From positions 248,001 through 312,000 of the forward strand of contig MU008211.1 in assembly GCA_010909165.1 (NCBI GenBank): a stretch of 64,000 bases of DNA, read 5' to 3'. Shown piece by piece: positions 1-11,271 of the stretch. The position numbers were made by a program, and so were the translations under genes. Origin of the DNA: Anthoceros angustus. Its lineage: Eukaryota > Plantae > Anthocerotophyta. Every line of letters begins with the position of its first letter. The first letter of the stretch is position 1. The notes below the pieces were generated by a model, which did not search any database, had not been told where the DNA came from, and saw only the letters and a program-made list of their open reading frames with translations.

Positions 1-43
1 CCTATATATAGTGAAAAATTTATGCATGCTACCTTAAATTTAA

Positions 44-3000
44 AAACAAAATTAGCAAATAATTAAGGCATGAGCCTAGAGATACAAATAAACCCAATTC
101 CCTCAAGAGTACAAGGACAAAATAAAAAATGATGGTGACCTGAGGAAGATTTACTAAAAAGATAGGAATTGTTATACTCTCATTCCATCTTGGATTTATA
201 CAACTGAATGTGAAACTAGTCGAATGCTCAAAACTTGGGATAAGTCTTTCAGCTCCATGATATCTTGGTTGAAAAATTAAGATAAATGACTCTTCCTATG
301 TAAATACTTGATTCTTCCTATGGTGATGATATATCACTCAAATTTACTATGACTATCTAGGATACAAAACAACCACTATGTTGAAGAAAGATGGTACTTC
401 TTCATCTAAAATTAAGAGTTCAGGTCTTATCCAACATTCATAAATTTGAACATGTAAATACACTCTACGAAAATGAGTTGCGTCATTCTGAAATGTGACA
501 TTTATCCAAAAATTCAAATCAATGTGTGTCTTTTGATACTATGTATATCATGTTGGAGTTTTTAGTATAATAGCAGAGATCACATGCATCCCTCTAAAGT
601 TCTCATGTGTATTATTCGGTACAAAAATTTGACACCGTAACATACCATAATTGTGTTGCAGCTTGATAAAATTAATTTATCCTGAATTTTTTTTAAATAT
701 TAGTCTCTCATTTCGAGAGGCAACACCTAGATGATGTGTCATGCGTCTACAACACATCAATGCATCCTACTGCTTGTTTGTTTATTATCATAATAAAATT
801 GTTTGTTACTATTTTGAAGTTATACATAGTTTATAAATGCATGTCATGAGGTTCAAGAGTTCATACTATCACCTTGCTATATATCATATACAATACCTCA
901 TCCATAGATGATTGTTTCAAATTTGCAAATGGTATTTGAATAAGTTGTAACATAACTAATCTATTGTCTCTAGTGCACTTTTGGACATACCTGCATTGAT
1001 TGCAACATGTTATTATGCTTGTGCTTTAATTTTTATGGGTTAAGTGCAATGCAATCATTGCTCCATTAAGTCATGAATGTATTTCACGTCTTTTATTGCA
1101 TATTGCAATAGGACACTTCTATGAAAAGTAAGCTTCACTTAACAAGTTATCTCCTATTTTGTTTTGAGCTTCATGTGTTGAATTCAAATAAAGCGAAATC
1201 CCATTCTTACAAAATGCAACACAAAAATCAGTTTTTGTTTATATTTTAGCATCAAAGCTTTCATTTTGGAGTTCTCAATGAATACCAATTTGAGACTGAA
1301 TCCACTTGAATGACTTCCTATTAGTCCTTTGTCTAACTTCATAAACTTGTGGTGAAGATGATTTGAATTGAATAAGCGATTCGGATCCTACAAAGCTTGA
1401 GAAAATTCATAAATATTTAAATTTAAATAAATCAAAATATCAACAAGATCCTTGTATGTCTCTTGCATAATGAAATTACCTTGTAATTTTTAAATATATT
1501 ACTTAGTATTGGTAAGTATATGCTTATTGTAATATCATAAAATGCTTGTTTTATGAAAGGCTATAAACCATAAACGAGTGATTTGACACCACCTTTGAAA
1601 GTGATACCAAAGCCTTGTGCGGTTTATCAGAAAACAAAATTAGCAAATAATTAAGGCATGAGCCTAGAGATACAAATAAACCCAATTCCCTCAAGAGTAC
1701 AAGGACAAAATAAAAAATGATGGTGACCTGAGGAAGATTTACTAAAAAGATAGGAATTGTTATACTCTCATTCCATCTTGGATTTATACAACTGAATGTG
1801 AAACTAGTCGAATGCTCAAAACTTGGGATAAGTCTTTCAGCTCCATGATATCTTGGTTGAAAAATTAAGATAAATGACTCTTCCTATGTAAATACTTGAT
1901 TCTTCCTATGGTGATGATATATCAGCTCAAATTTTACTATGACTATCTAGGATACAAAACAACCACTATGTTGAAGAAAGATGGTACTTCTTCATCTAAA
2001 ATTAAGAGTTCAGGTCTTATCCAACATTCATAAATTTGAACATGTAAATACACTCTACGAAAATGAGTTGCGTCATTCTGAAATGTGACATTTATCCAAA
2101 AATTCAAATCAATGTGTGTCTTTTGATACTATGTATATCATGTTGGAGTTTTAGTATAATAGCGAGATCACATCCCTCTAAAGTTCTCATGTGTATTATT
2201 ACAAAATTTGACAAGTAACATACCATAATTGTGTTGCACTTGATAAAAATTAATTTATCCTGAATTTTTAAATATTAGTCTCTCATTTGAGAGGCAACAC
2301 CTAGATGATGTGTCATGCGTCTACAACACATCAATGCATCCTCGCTTGTTTGTTTATTATCATAATAAAATTGTTTGTTACTATTTTGAAGTTATACATA
2401 GTTTATAAATGCATGTCATGAGGTTCAAGAGTTCATACTATCACCTTGCTATATATCATATACAATACCTCATCCATAGATGATTGTTTCAAATTTGCAA
2501 ATGGTATTTGAATAAGTTGTAACATAACTAATCTATTGTCTCTAGTGCACTTTTGGACATACCTGCATTGATTGCAACATGTTATTATGCTTGTGCTTTA
2601 ATTTTTATGGGTTAAGTGCAATGCAATCATTGCTCCATTAAGTCATGAATGTATTTCTCTTTTTGCATATTGCAATAGGACACTTCTATGAAAAGTAAGC
2701 TTCACTTAACAAGTTATCTCCTATTTTGTTTTGAGCTTCATGTGTTGAATTCAAATAAAGCGAAATCCCATTCTTACAAAATGCAACACAAAAATCAGTT
2801 TTTGTTTATATTTTAGCATCAAAGCTTTCATTTTGGAGTTCTCAATGAATACCAATTTGAGACTGAATCCACTTGAATGACTTCCTATTAGTCCTTTGTC
2901 TAACTTCATAAACTTGTGGTGAAGATGATTTCGAATTGAAATAAGCAGTTCGGATCCTACAAAGCTTGAGAAAATTCATAAATATTTAAATTTAAATAAA

Positions 3001-3212
3001 TCAAAATATCAACAAGATCCTTGTATGTCTCTTGCATAATGAAATTACCTTGTAATTTTTTAAATATATTACTTAGTATTGGTAAGTATATGCTTATTGT
3101 AATATCATAAAATGCTTGTTTTTATGAAAGGCTATAAACCATAAACGAGTGATTTGACACCACCTTTGAAAGTGATACCAAAGCCTTGTGCCGGTTTATG
3201 CAGAAAACAAAA
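44..3212. repeat. AT-rich direct tandem duplication, 2 x ~1.59 kb
   Basis: Unit starting aaaacaaaattagcaaataattaaggcatgagcc at ~44 recurs at ~1632 and stays colinear to agtgatacca...ggtttat..agaaaacaaaa (~1600-1640, ~3170-3212). Copies differ mostly by small indels. Confidence 0.95.
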
Positions 3213-3859
3213 ACATTTTATTTTACTTTCGTAAAAATCTTCCTTAATTGATTCTTCTTTCATTCTAGTGGTTGTAATTGTATGCTCCATGTTGATGCAA
3301 CTTATAGTAAAACTTTAATAACTACTTATTTTTATTTCCTACATGATATATATATTATTTCAATACTTGTTATACAATTATGAAATATGTACATAAATAA
3401 AAATTTAGTTATTTAGGTAATGAGACATGTACTTCCCGTTTTAGTTCAGAACAATCAATGTCTTTGAATGATATTGTTAATGTGAAGGTTTTATCAAGGA
3501 AAAAGGAGATAGGTGAACTCACCCACTAAAGAACATCAAAAGACCCGAGGAGTCATAATAACGAAAGAGCAACTAAGTTCCGTGTCTAAAGTCATATACA
3601 ACGCCTACAATGTTATACCTAGAGAGATTGAATGGCCTAAATATTACTGAACTAGTCGAGGATGCATCTTCAGCAATCGCTGCTGTCGAAAAGAAAGCCC
3701 CTGCAAGTGCCCTTTGGAGGGCAAGGAATACCCATTGCCAAATGAAGGCTGTGAAATAGAAGAGAGGTAAGCCTGCTCCATATTTCCTTGCATGGTATGC
3801 TTTGGCACAAAACTTGATAAATTTTATTAAAGTCTTTAACTAATGCTCCATAAGAAGAG

Positions 3860-3955
3860 GTGGCTTGCCTACATTTCCTTGTACTTTAGTAACTGGCTTG
3901 CTTACATTTTCCTGTACTTAGTAACTGGCTTGCCTACATTTCCATGTACTTAGTA
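3860..3955. repeat. ~32-bp tandem repeat x3
   Basis: (aactggcttgcctacatttccttgtacttagt)-like unit three times, inside the CRE-like endonuclease region. Confidence 0.9.
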
Positions 3956-4155
3956 ATCGTGAAAGCTGTCACTCTAGCTGCCACCCAGCCTGGACGGATT
4001 TGGATATTAACTTGTTTAAAGGTGGATTCCCGTGTAGGGTCAGTGATCACCACATCTGCCACTGAGACTTGGTTATCCCGGGGGATGAAGGCCTTGAAAG
4101 CTGTCGCTCTAGCTGCCACTCCACTTGGACGGATTAGGATATATTAACTTGTTTA

Positions 4156-4403
4156 AAGGCGCTATCGGCGAGTCGGGCTATTTGGGAATGCAGCCCTAAG
4201 CGGGTGGTAAATTCCATCCAAGGCTAAATACTGGCAAGAGACCGATAGCGAACAAGTACCGAGGGAAAGATGAAAGGACTTTGAAAGAGTGAAAGAGTGC
4301 TTGAAATTGCGAGAGGAAGCGAATGGAAGCTGCGGAGTGCGCCTCGGTTCGATGTGGAGCAGCGATAAGCTGGTCCTGATTACGCGGGCGCTCATCGATG
4401 TGG
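4156..4403 (+). rRNA. 26S (LSU) rRNA pseudogene fragment, second segment of the 5' domain
   Basis: gagtcgggctatttgggaatgcagccctaagcgggtggtaaattccatccaaggctaaata...accgatagcgaacaagtacc..gggaaagatgaaaggactttgaaagag is conserved plant LSU sequence, with small deletions. Confidence 0.93.
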
Positions 4404-4632
4404 CGTGGAGCAGGGTCCGAGCTCGAGGGCTCTCACCCTCTCGGCGTCCGTTCGAGAGAACTTGGGCCCGGTCCGTTCTGCAGGATGCTTCTCCGGACTA
4501 CAATTCACAGCGCCATACGATTTTCAAGTGGGCTATTTCCGTTATTTCGCCGTTACTAGGAAATCTGGTTAGTTTCTTCTCCTCCGCTTAGTGATATGCT
4601 TAAACTCGGCGGGTAGCCTTCGATCCGAGGTC
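4404..4632 (-). rRNA. 26S rRNA 5'-terminal fragment (pseudogene)
   Basis: Reverse complement reads gacctcggatc..acccgccgagtttaagcatatcactaagcggaggagaagaaactaacc...gagggtgagagccc...ggaccctgctccacg. Confidence 0.93.
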
Positions 4633-4859
4633 GGATGGATTCAACCGGGCGCCAAGCACGCCCACCGATTCGAGTGCTACGGACGGATCGCGCGGGCGCT
4701 GACCCGCCCAATTGGGCAAAATCACCTTGACCGCGGCCTCACCGCGTGTCCGGACTCTTTGCATTTCAACCGGCGGGACAACTCCGCCTTGCGGCTCCTG
4801 ACCAACCGAACTCACAATCTCCCACCACGTGGGAAACGAGCGTGTGTGAGCATCGGCCT
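4633..4859 (-). other. ITS2 spacer
   Basis: GC-rich segment directly between the 5.8S 3' end and the 26S 5' end on the minus strand; boundaries approximate. Confidence 0.8.
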
Positions 4860-4943
4860 TCGAGACATGCCCTGGAACAAGTCTCGGGCGCAACTTGCGT
4901 TCAAAGACTCGATGATTCGCGGAATTCTGCAATTCACACTACG
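4860..4943 (-). rRNA. 5.8S rRNA 3' fragment (pseudogene)
   Basis: Reverse complement cgtagtgtgaattgcagaattccgcgaatcatcgagtctttgaacgcaagttgcgcccgag, the bryophyte/fern-type 5.8S wording. Confidence 0.93.
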
Positions 4944-6170
4944 ATTGTAGGGTCAGTAACTACCACGTCTGCCACAAAGACTTGGTCATCGGACGAGGTA
5001 CAAGTCTGGTTTGACTGTCGACCCCATACATTCACGAGCCGTTGCAAACATAACGTCACAAATGGGATCATGGGTGGCAATACATGAACTCCCATTAGAA
5101 CAACGAGCAAGATGCGTCCAGAGCAGAGCCACATTCACAAGTGAGAAGTAAAAAAGCCATTCGTTGAACCAAGCCCAGACGGAACCGATTGCTGTAGAGA
5201 AGCTTGCAGGTGCGATGTGGATCCCTAAATGCATGGACAAGCTAAAAGCCAAGCTCCTGTGCCCTTCCCATAATAAGAGCAGAGATTGGCTCTTGTGGTC
5301 CTTGGAATAGAAGGGTCTAAAAGGATGGACTGCAAAGCCTGGCCGAGTTGTTTGTCGAGTTGATAACATGTCCCTCGCTTGTCTCAGGGACACTTGAAGA
5401 GGAAGGGTTTCCTTCTGAACTCTTGATGCAAAGTTCTTCAAAAAGGGCTTGTCGTGAAGCAAGAAACATGAGGCCAAAGTAGAGGTAGAAAAGCCTAGCT
5501 GCCCAAAAATGCTACCGGCGAGGAGTCCTCCATGGAAATCAGACCTATTTCGCCATAAGCCACTGGCAAGGATGGTTGCCGATGTGTTAGATTGACTGCC
5601 GGACACTCAAAAGCCCGCGGGCCTAAAATGTCACCCAAAACATCCACGATCTTCTTGCCAAACTCTTTCAGGCGAGAGAGAATAATCGGAGAAGGAGGCA
5701 ATGAGTGGATAAGGTAACCCGAGCGTTTGGCAAAGCATGAGAGAATGCTAAAAGGTGGTCCTCCAACAAAGGAAGGTCTTCGATGAGGGAAAGGTCATCC
5801 GCCAAGGCTTGGTCCGAAAAGCCGCCGACAAAGAAGAGATGATGAAATGGGACCCCCAAAATCCGTAACCCTAGAGCAGAAGCAATTTCATCAGCATGGA
5901 ACTGTAAAGTAGGGGTGAGCCGTGACGAAGACCAAACTTGGTACTTGAAGAGCTTGACCCTCAATCACAGCAATGAGAGCTCATGTGAGAAGAACTTAAA
6001 GGCTTCCTTGACCTTGTCCCTTAGCCCTTGGATGTGAGAGTCATCCGCCAGTAAAGAAAAGACACAATCACTCGCAGAATAGGCACTCCTGGATAGAGCC
6101 TTGTAGTGAGAAAGGGCAAAGAAAGCACCTCCTAGAGGATCGCCTTGCCTGGTCTCCGTGGCCGATTAAA

Positions 6171-6292
6171 ATGAAGGACGATTCAATTAAGAGAAGACTC
6201 TTATGAAAGTACAATAAAATGTTTTTATTTTCCGCATAAACCAGCACAAGAATTGGGTATCACTTTTAAAGGGCGGAGCCTAAAACTCGTCA
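6171..6292 (-). repeat. ~120-bp inverted repeat of 3145-3265
   Basis: Reverse complement ctttaaaagtgatacccaattcttgtgctggtttatgcggaaaataaaaacattttattgtactttc aligns with ctttgaaagtgataccaaagccttgtgccggtttatgcagaaaacaaaaacattttattttactttc. Confidence 0.85.
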
Positions 6293-6593
6293 CGTTATTA
6301 ATGCAAGCATGTGTGCAGTCGTGGGATCCACCACTCTGACTCCGGTAGCCGGTGGAGCAGGCATGCGCTCAGTGGAGTGTGGCATGTGCACGCATAGTCA
6401 TTCACCCGTACCTCATGTGTGCATATTCATTTATCCATACCTTTCAACTCGCATACGCCCGTGTATGCCAGGGTCCAAACTCACGGGGATGCCGTCGCCA
6501 TAGTTTGCGGGATACATTCAAACCTTCTGTGGCAAAGACTTCAAATTCTATTTTTAGACAAGGGTGTTTCCTTTCAGCTCCAATGGGTGGTAT

Positions 6594-7020
6594 AGATAGC
6601 TCATTTTGAAGCTCACGTCAAGAGCTTTCTTTTCAATGAAGAAACAAAGTAAACGAGTAAATATAGAGATGGACAATTACAGTCAAAGAAAGAGTTGGTT
6701 GCTGTCTTCTTTCACACATAGCAAGACATCTGCTGAACCATATCAAGATCGAGATAGCTCATTCTGGAGCTTACAATAAGAGCAATAATCCACTCTTACA
6801 GCCTAAGAATAGGAATAGACACTGCAATAGACATTCAAAGGATTCATCAGAGTTTGTTTTCTTCTTTCACACATACCTCGAGATATTTTCAACAAAAACA
6901 CAATACAGATGGCTCGTTTTGAAGCTGGAATTGAGAGCGTTTTTCTGAATCAAGCTATGGAGTGTGTGGGCAAGTATGGAGACTGCAAAAAACATTCAAA
7001 GACATGATGACAGAAGGTAG
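6594..7020. repeat. Degenerate ~157-bp tandem repeat x3
   Basis: agatagctcattttgaagct (6595), agatagctcattctggagct (~6752) and agatggctcgttttgaagct (~6908); the first two units also share cttctttcacacata. Confidence 0.6.
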
Positions 7021-7099
7021 TTGCTGACCAGGATCACACTTGATTCTCATCTCGCATGAGGACTGTGGACATCTTCTCCTTCCTCACCTTCTGCGGATG

Positions 7100-8065
7100 C
7101 TTTCAGCTGGTTGCAAGCTCGACAATACTCCTTTTTCGTTTCAAACTATCGCCGAGACCATTGTCCATTTTGTTGAGCTCAATGGAATTCAAAGTTTGTG
7201 CTCCACCTAATTGGGCTTCCAGTTGTCGTAGTTGACACGACATAATGTTGGCTTCAGCATATGTATGTTGAAGCAAAGAAGGATCTGCAGATCGTACGAG
7301 ATCCTGCGTTGTCTGAATAGTATGCTCCCAATCTATGTAAGAGCATTTCCGTGGCATAGCTTAAGGGTTTTTGGAAGCTTGCACCCCTCCAATAGATGTT
7401 GTGTCCTCTCCTACAAGACAAGGTTCAGTATTTGTTGAAGTACTATTATATATAAGCGTACGAAGGAGGTCTCGAGTTGAATGCAATTGCCCTTTCATGC
7501 GTAATACCTTTGCCTGGTGTTTGCAGAAAAAGCCTTGCATTCCTCTTGGACAATTGCAGCATGCTCAGTCCCCTGCAAGATTATAAACAGTGTAAATCAG
7601 CCTTTGATCTGTGAAGCTTTTCACAAGAGCTGGTTCTTGATCGTTGGTAGGAAGTGTGACATGGTCGTCAGGTATGGAAAGAGACCCCCTAATTGCATTT
7701 TCGATAATCACCTCTTACTTTGCATTGTGCTTGAAGCCATGTTGTTTTGTGAAGTGCTTGTGCCAATACACTTTGCACACTGTATCCGTAAGTGTATGGA
7801 GCAACCAATCAATATGCCAACCTCGCAGACGCATAAAATCATGGCTCAACATGGACTTTAAGAAGCCATGCCAAGCTTCAATTACCAAATTGCAGTCCTG
7901 GCCAGCATATGGCATGGTCCTGGAATACTTTAGCCACATAGGTAGCACTCCTCCACGATTCCTAAAATCTTGAATGAACTACGGGCTTCTCATAATCCAC
8001 GTACATTTGTTACATCATCTTCCTGGCCTCAGCTTCTGTGTGCCAACGACGAGAAACATACATGA
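7100..8065 (-). pseudogene. MULE (Mutator-like) transposase C-terminal / SWIM zinc-finger remnant
   Basis: Minus strand: CNLVIEAWHGFLK...RIDWLLHTL-like segment (7715-7948), then YTVYNLAGD*ACCNCPRGMQGFFCKHQAKVL (SWIM CxC..CxH, ~7510-7590) with an in-frame stop. Confidence 0.7.
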
Positions 8066-8146
8066 TGTCACCAAGGTGACACCTAGAATGGGGTTTATGT
8101 TTGAGGTAGCCTTAAATATATATTCTTGAATACTTACATTTAAATC

Positions 8147-8743
8147 TTGACATGGAGAAGGAGACAAGACCACTGTCCTCATAGGCACAAGTGCTCTGCT
8201 GAAGCCAGGCCAGTCAGCCGTGGGCTTGTCAGAGAGCAGCTGTCTCCACGAAGATCTCCTCCTTCACTCAATCGCGCACATCTTGTTTACCAGCGCACTG
8301 ATAGAAGAGACCTTCCAAAATCACGCAACCTACCTGCACAGCAAATCAAAGAGAGAGCAGCCCAGATTCGTGAGGATGCTGGCTGCAACAATGATGACAT
8401 GCAGTGGCATCTGATACAAGTTGTAACAGATTGCCTAACTCGACACGAAGCACTGCAAACACGTGTCTTCAACCAGCAATCATCTCTGATTACAAACCTG
8501 GATGCACGTTTGGATTCAACTCAACGTCTCTTACAGGAAATTTCAGCAGCCGTCACAAGGTTACAGGCATATGGGGTACAACCTAGTACACAATTTGCCA
8601 CAATCCAGCCAACTGCTGCATCTCTGCTTGCGTCATTGTTGCTCATGCGTGAGAATTCTGCATTGGGTGAAGCAGGCGATCGAATCATCACCGGGTCTCA
8701 ATTTGGTGGTGGAGGGCATCATGCTTCTTTCGGAAAAGCGTGA
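8147..8743 (+). CDS. Coiled-coil ORF upstream of Copia gag, unknown function
   Basis: 198-aa open frame: basic N-terminus, heptad-like LDARLDSTQRLLQEISAAVTRLQ, PTAASLLASL. Similar ORFs occupy the same position in elements B, C, F. Confidence 0.55.
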   Translation: MTWRRRQDHCPHRHKCSAEARPVSRGLVREQLSPRRSPPSLNRAHLVYQRTDRRDLPKSRNLPAQQIKERAAQIREDAGCNNDDMQWHLIQVVTDCLTRHEALQTRVFNQQSSLITNLDARLDSTQRLLQEISAAVTRLQAYGVQPSTQFATIQPTAASLLASLLLMRENSALGEAGDRIITGSQFGGGGHHASFGKA

Positions 8744-8953
8744 CTTTCCCTGCAGCGTTCCATGTCTGCTGAACAGGGTTAGTTAGTTAGTTTTAGTGGT
8801 TAATTAGGGTTAGGCAGAATTGAGAGCGGTGTCAAGGGTTGTGACTTGCTGGGATGGAGCACGTCCTTACCCGTGGTGCCGTTTCGCTGCTGGTAGCATT
8901 TCCCGTCCCAGTGTGTCTCTTCGTCACTGTCCAGGAGGCTCACGTCTCTTCTC

Positions 8954-9763
8954 ATGTCTGCCCTTGATCAGCTTATAGATCAGCTTCTAGCCCAGTTTGC
9001 TGGTCTAAACATTAACCAAGGTCCTGTCAATCAAGGAGCAGGAGGGAGTAATCCAGGTCCAATGGCAAGCAGTGGATCAACTGTGGTTGGATCAACTTAC
9101 TCGGGCAATTTCCTGGAAAAGGACACATTCGATGGGAAGTCGAGTCGGTGTGAGAGCTGGCGAGCTCGAATGAAGGCATTCTTGGATGCACGAGATGTGT
9201 GGCAGTACATTGACAGAACTTTGCAGAAACCTGCCCCCACTGCACCACCAAAAGACATTGACGACTGGAAAAAGGGGAACAAGGTGGCCTTTGCCATCTT
9301 GCTCTCAAGCCTAGATGAGGCCACTGTCACTGAGGTTGAATTTTTGCCCACAGCTGCAGAAGTTTGGACACAGCTCAAAGACACATATCAGGTCCGCAAC
9401 ATTCTTACATTGATGGCAGCAAGAAACGAATTCTATGGACTTTGCATGAAGGAAGGTGATAGCATTGGGTCTCACATCAGCAAGTTTCGATACTTGAAGG
9501 CACAGATTGTGCAGCTTGGGTATAAGATCTCGGAGGTGGACAATGTGGCAAAGCTGCTGACAAGTCTTCCTCCTTCCTATCAACATTTCATCTCGCGTCA
9601 GAATGCAGCATTGCGCACCTCTGTGACATCTTTGAATGCTGGTGGAGCATCCACCCTCACTTTAAATGAACTTGTGGGAGCACTCTTCCAGGAAGAGCAG
9701 TCTCGTCAGAGGTCCACAGGATCATCACGTGCCAAAAGTGAGAAAGTACTCTTTGCCTCTTAG
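8954..9763 (+). CDS. gag: Copia gag (frame ends at a stop before the zinc knuckle)
   Basis: FDG..CESWRARMKAFLDARDVWQYID...W..GNKVAFAILL...A.EVWTQLKDTY...LLTSLPPSY. Confidence 0.9.
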   Translation: MSALDQLIDQLLAQFAGLNINQGPVNQGAGGSNPGPMASSGSTVVGSTYSGNFLEKDTFDGKSSRCESWRARMKAFLDARDVWQYIDRTLQKPAPTAPPKDIDDWKKGNKVAFAILLSSLDEATVTEVEFLPTAAEVWTQLKDTYQVRNILTLMAARNEFYGLCMKEGDSIGSHISKFRYLKAQIVQLGYKISEVDNVAKLLTSLPPSYQHFISRQNAALRTSVTSLNAGGASTLTLNELVGALFQEEQSRQRSTGSSRAKSEKVLFAS

Positions 9764-10039
9764 AACAACCCTTTTAGAAGGGGGAAGGATAAGGGGAAGG
9801 GAAAGAATAATAATTCAAGTTCCAACTCACCATCTTCGAAGTCCAAAAGGCAAGGAAATTGTAACTGGTGCCAGCTACTAGGGCACTGGGAACGTGAGTG
9901 TAGAAAGAAACAAGCTGGTGAACCAAAGAAGGATGGCAAACCTGAGGCTCATGTTGCATCTAACAAGGAATCAAAGGGAGCTTCTGGTTCGGCTACACAC
10001 AAGAGTAGCTCAACAGTACTAACTGTCTGCCTTACCTCA

Positions 10040-11271
10040 TTTCGGGAATCCACCTCTTCATGGTTTATTGATTCTAGTGCTACTTCGCAAATCTGCAATA
10101 ATCGCCAGTTGTTCACCACGTTCAGTACACAAACATCACCACAATCTGTGTATGTGGGAGATGCTAGAGGTGTAGCAGTTAAAGGCATTGGCACTGTCAA
10201 CATACCTTTGCTTCATGGGGATGATTTGCAGCTCACTGCTCTGCTGTATGTCTCGGCAATGTCGAAAAACCTCTTGTCCGTCAAGGCAGCAACTCAGTCC
10301 AGATTGCTGGACTTCAAGTTTGAGACAGACGTATGCTGTTTGTATAGAGTTACACAGCCTACTGCCTGCATAGCACGAGGAGTGTTAGTGTTGCCAGGTT
10401 AGGTCATGTCAACAAAGCGAACTTGACCTTGATGTCCACAGGAGACTATTTTAGAGAAAAGCTACCTTCATGTTTCAAGAGCCTCCCTGTCTGTAAATCT
10501 TGCATTCACTCTAAGCAAAAGGAGTTGCCTTTCAAGAACAAGCAGGAAAACAGGGCAAAGGATGTTCTGGAACTGATCCATACAGATATTGCTGGGAAAC
10601 TGCAAGTACCTTCTCTTGGAGGAGCAGAGTACTATTTGACCTTGACTGATGACTTCAGCAGGTACACATGGACGTTTCCATTATAGCACAAGAGTGATGC
10701 TTTTGAAAGAATATGGACCTGGATCCCGATGGTGCAGAGGCGGACAGGTAAGCCGGTGAAGTGCCTTCGCTTTGACAATGGTGGTGAATTCGTTGGACAC
10801 AAATATGAACACCTCTTCCAGAAGTATGGCATCCTTCGACAGTTCTCTCTGCCCTACACACAACAACAGTACAAAGTGGTTGAGCGCAAAAATCAAACGC
10901 TTATGGGGATGACCAAGAGCATGTTATTGTGGGCAGGCTTAAATAAGAAGTACTGGGCTGAAGCAATTGTAATAGCTACATACATTTTGAATCGAGTGCT
11001 TACACATTCATTGCTTGGTCGGACACCTTACGAGGCATTTTGGGGACGGAAACCAACATTGAAACATCTTCGTGTCTTTGGGTCTCCTGCATATGGATTT
11101 GTTCCTAACAAGAAACGCAGGAAGTTAGATGATCGAGCAAAAGGATATATATTCCTTGGTTACTCAGAGGAGTCCAAGGCATACAAGTTGTTTGATCCAG
11201 CAAAAGTCAAACTAGTTTTAGCACGCAGTGTTACTTTTCAAGAGCTGACAACTCCAAGCTTGGGTACCTGA
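10040..11271 (+). pseudogene. pol: Copia pol: protease, pre-integrase and integrase, frameshifted
   Basis: IDSSAT, LYVSAMSKNLLSV, CKSCIHSKQ, HTDIAG, FDNGGEF, WAEAIVIATYILNR, GYSEESKAYKLFDP, spread over several frames. Confidence 0.9.

Larger units (their letters stand above)
3640..6170 (-). mobile_element. 5'-truncated, decayed CRE-like non-LTR retrotransposon (RT + restriction-like endonuclease), interrupted by an rDNA fragment
   Basis: Minus strand: RQGDPL (6133-6150), LADD (6040-6051), GLRILGVP, PPSP..L..F..I..L..I.G...LPVAYG.IGL, VADVVITDPT, GW.AA, then KFCAKAYH..GLPL..LALQRALA (~3700-3830). Collinear with the copy at 49460-50690. Confidence 0.75.

Noticed and set aside
190-300. Possible hAT dimerisation-domain remnant (TTECE...SFSSM...KLR)
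   Set aside because: The match is short, needs an insertion and a frameshift, and no other hAT motif or TIR was found; not supportable without an HMM search.
4156-4943. Functional rDNA unit
   Set aside because: Under 0.8 kb, partly inverted, with deletions, no 18S, and embedded in a retroelement.
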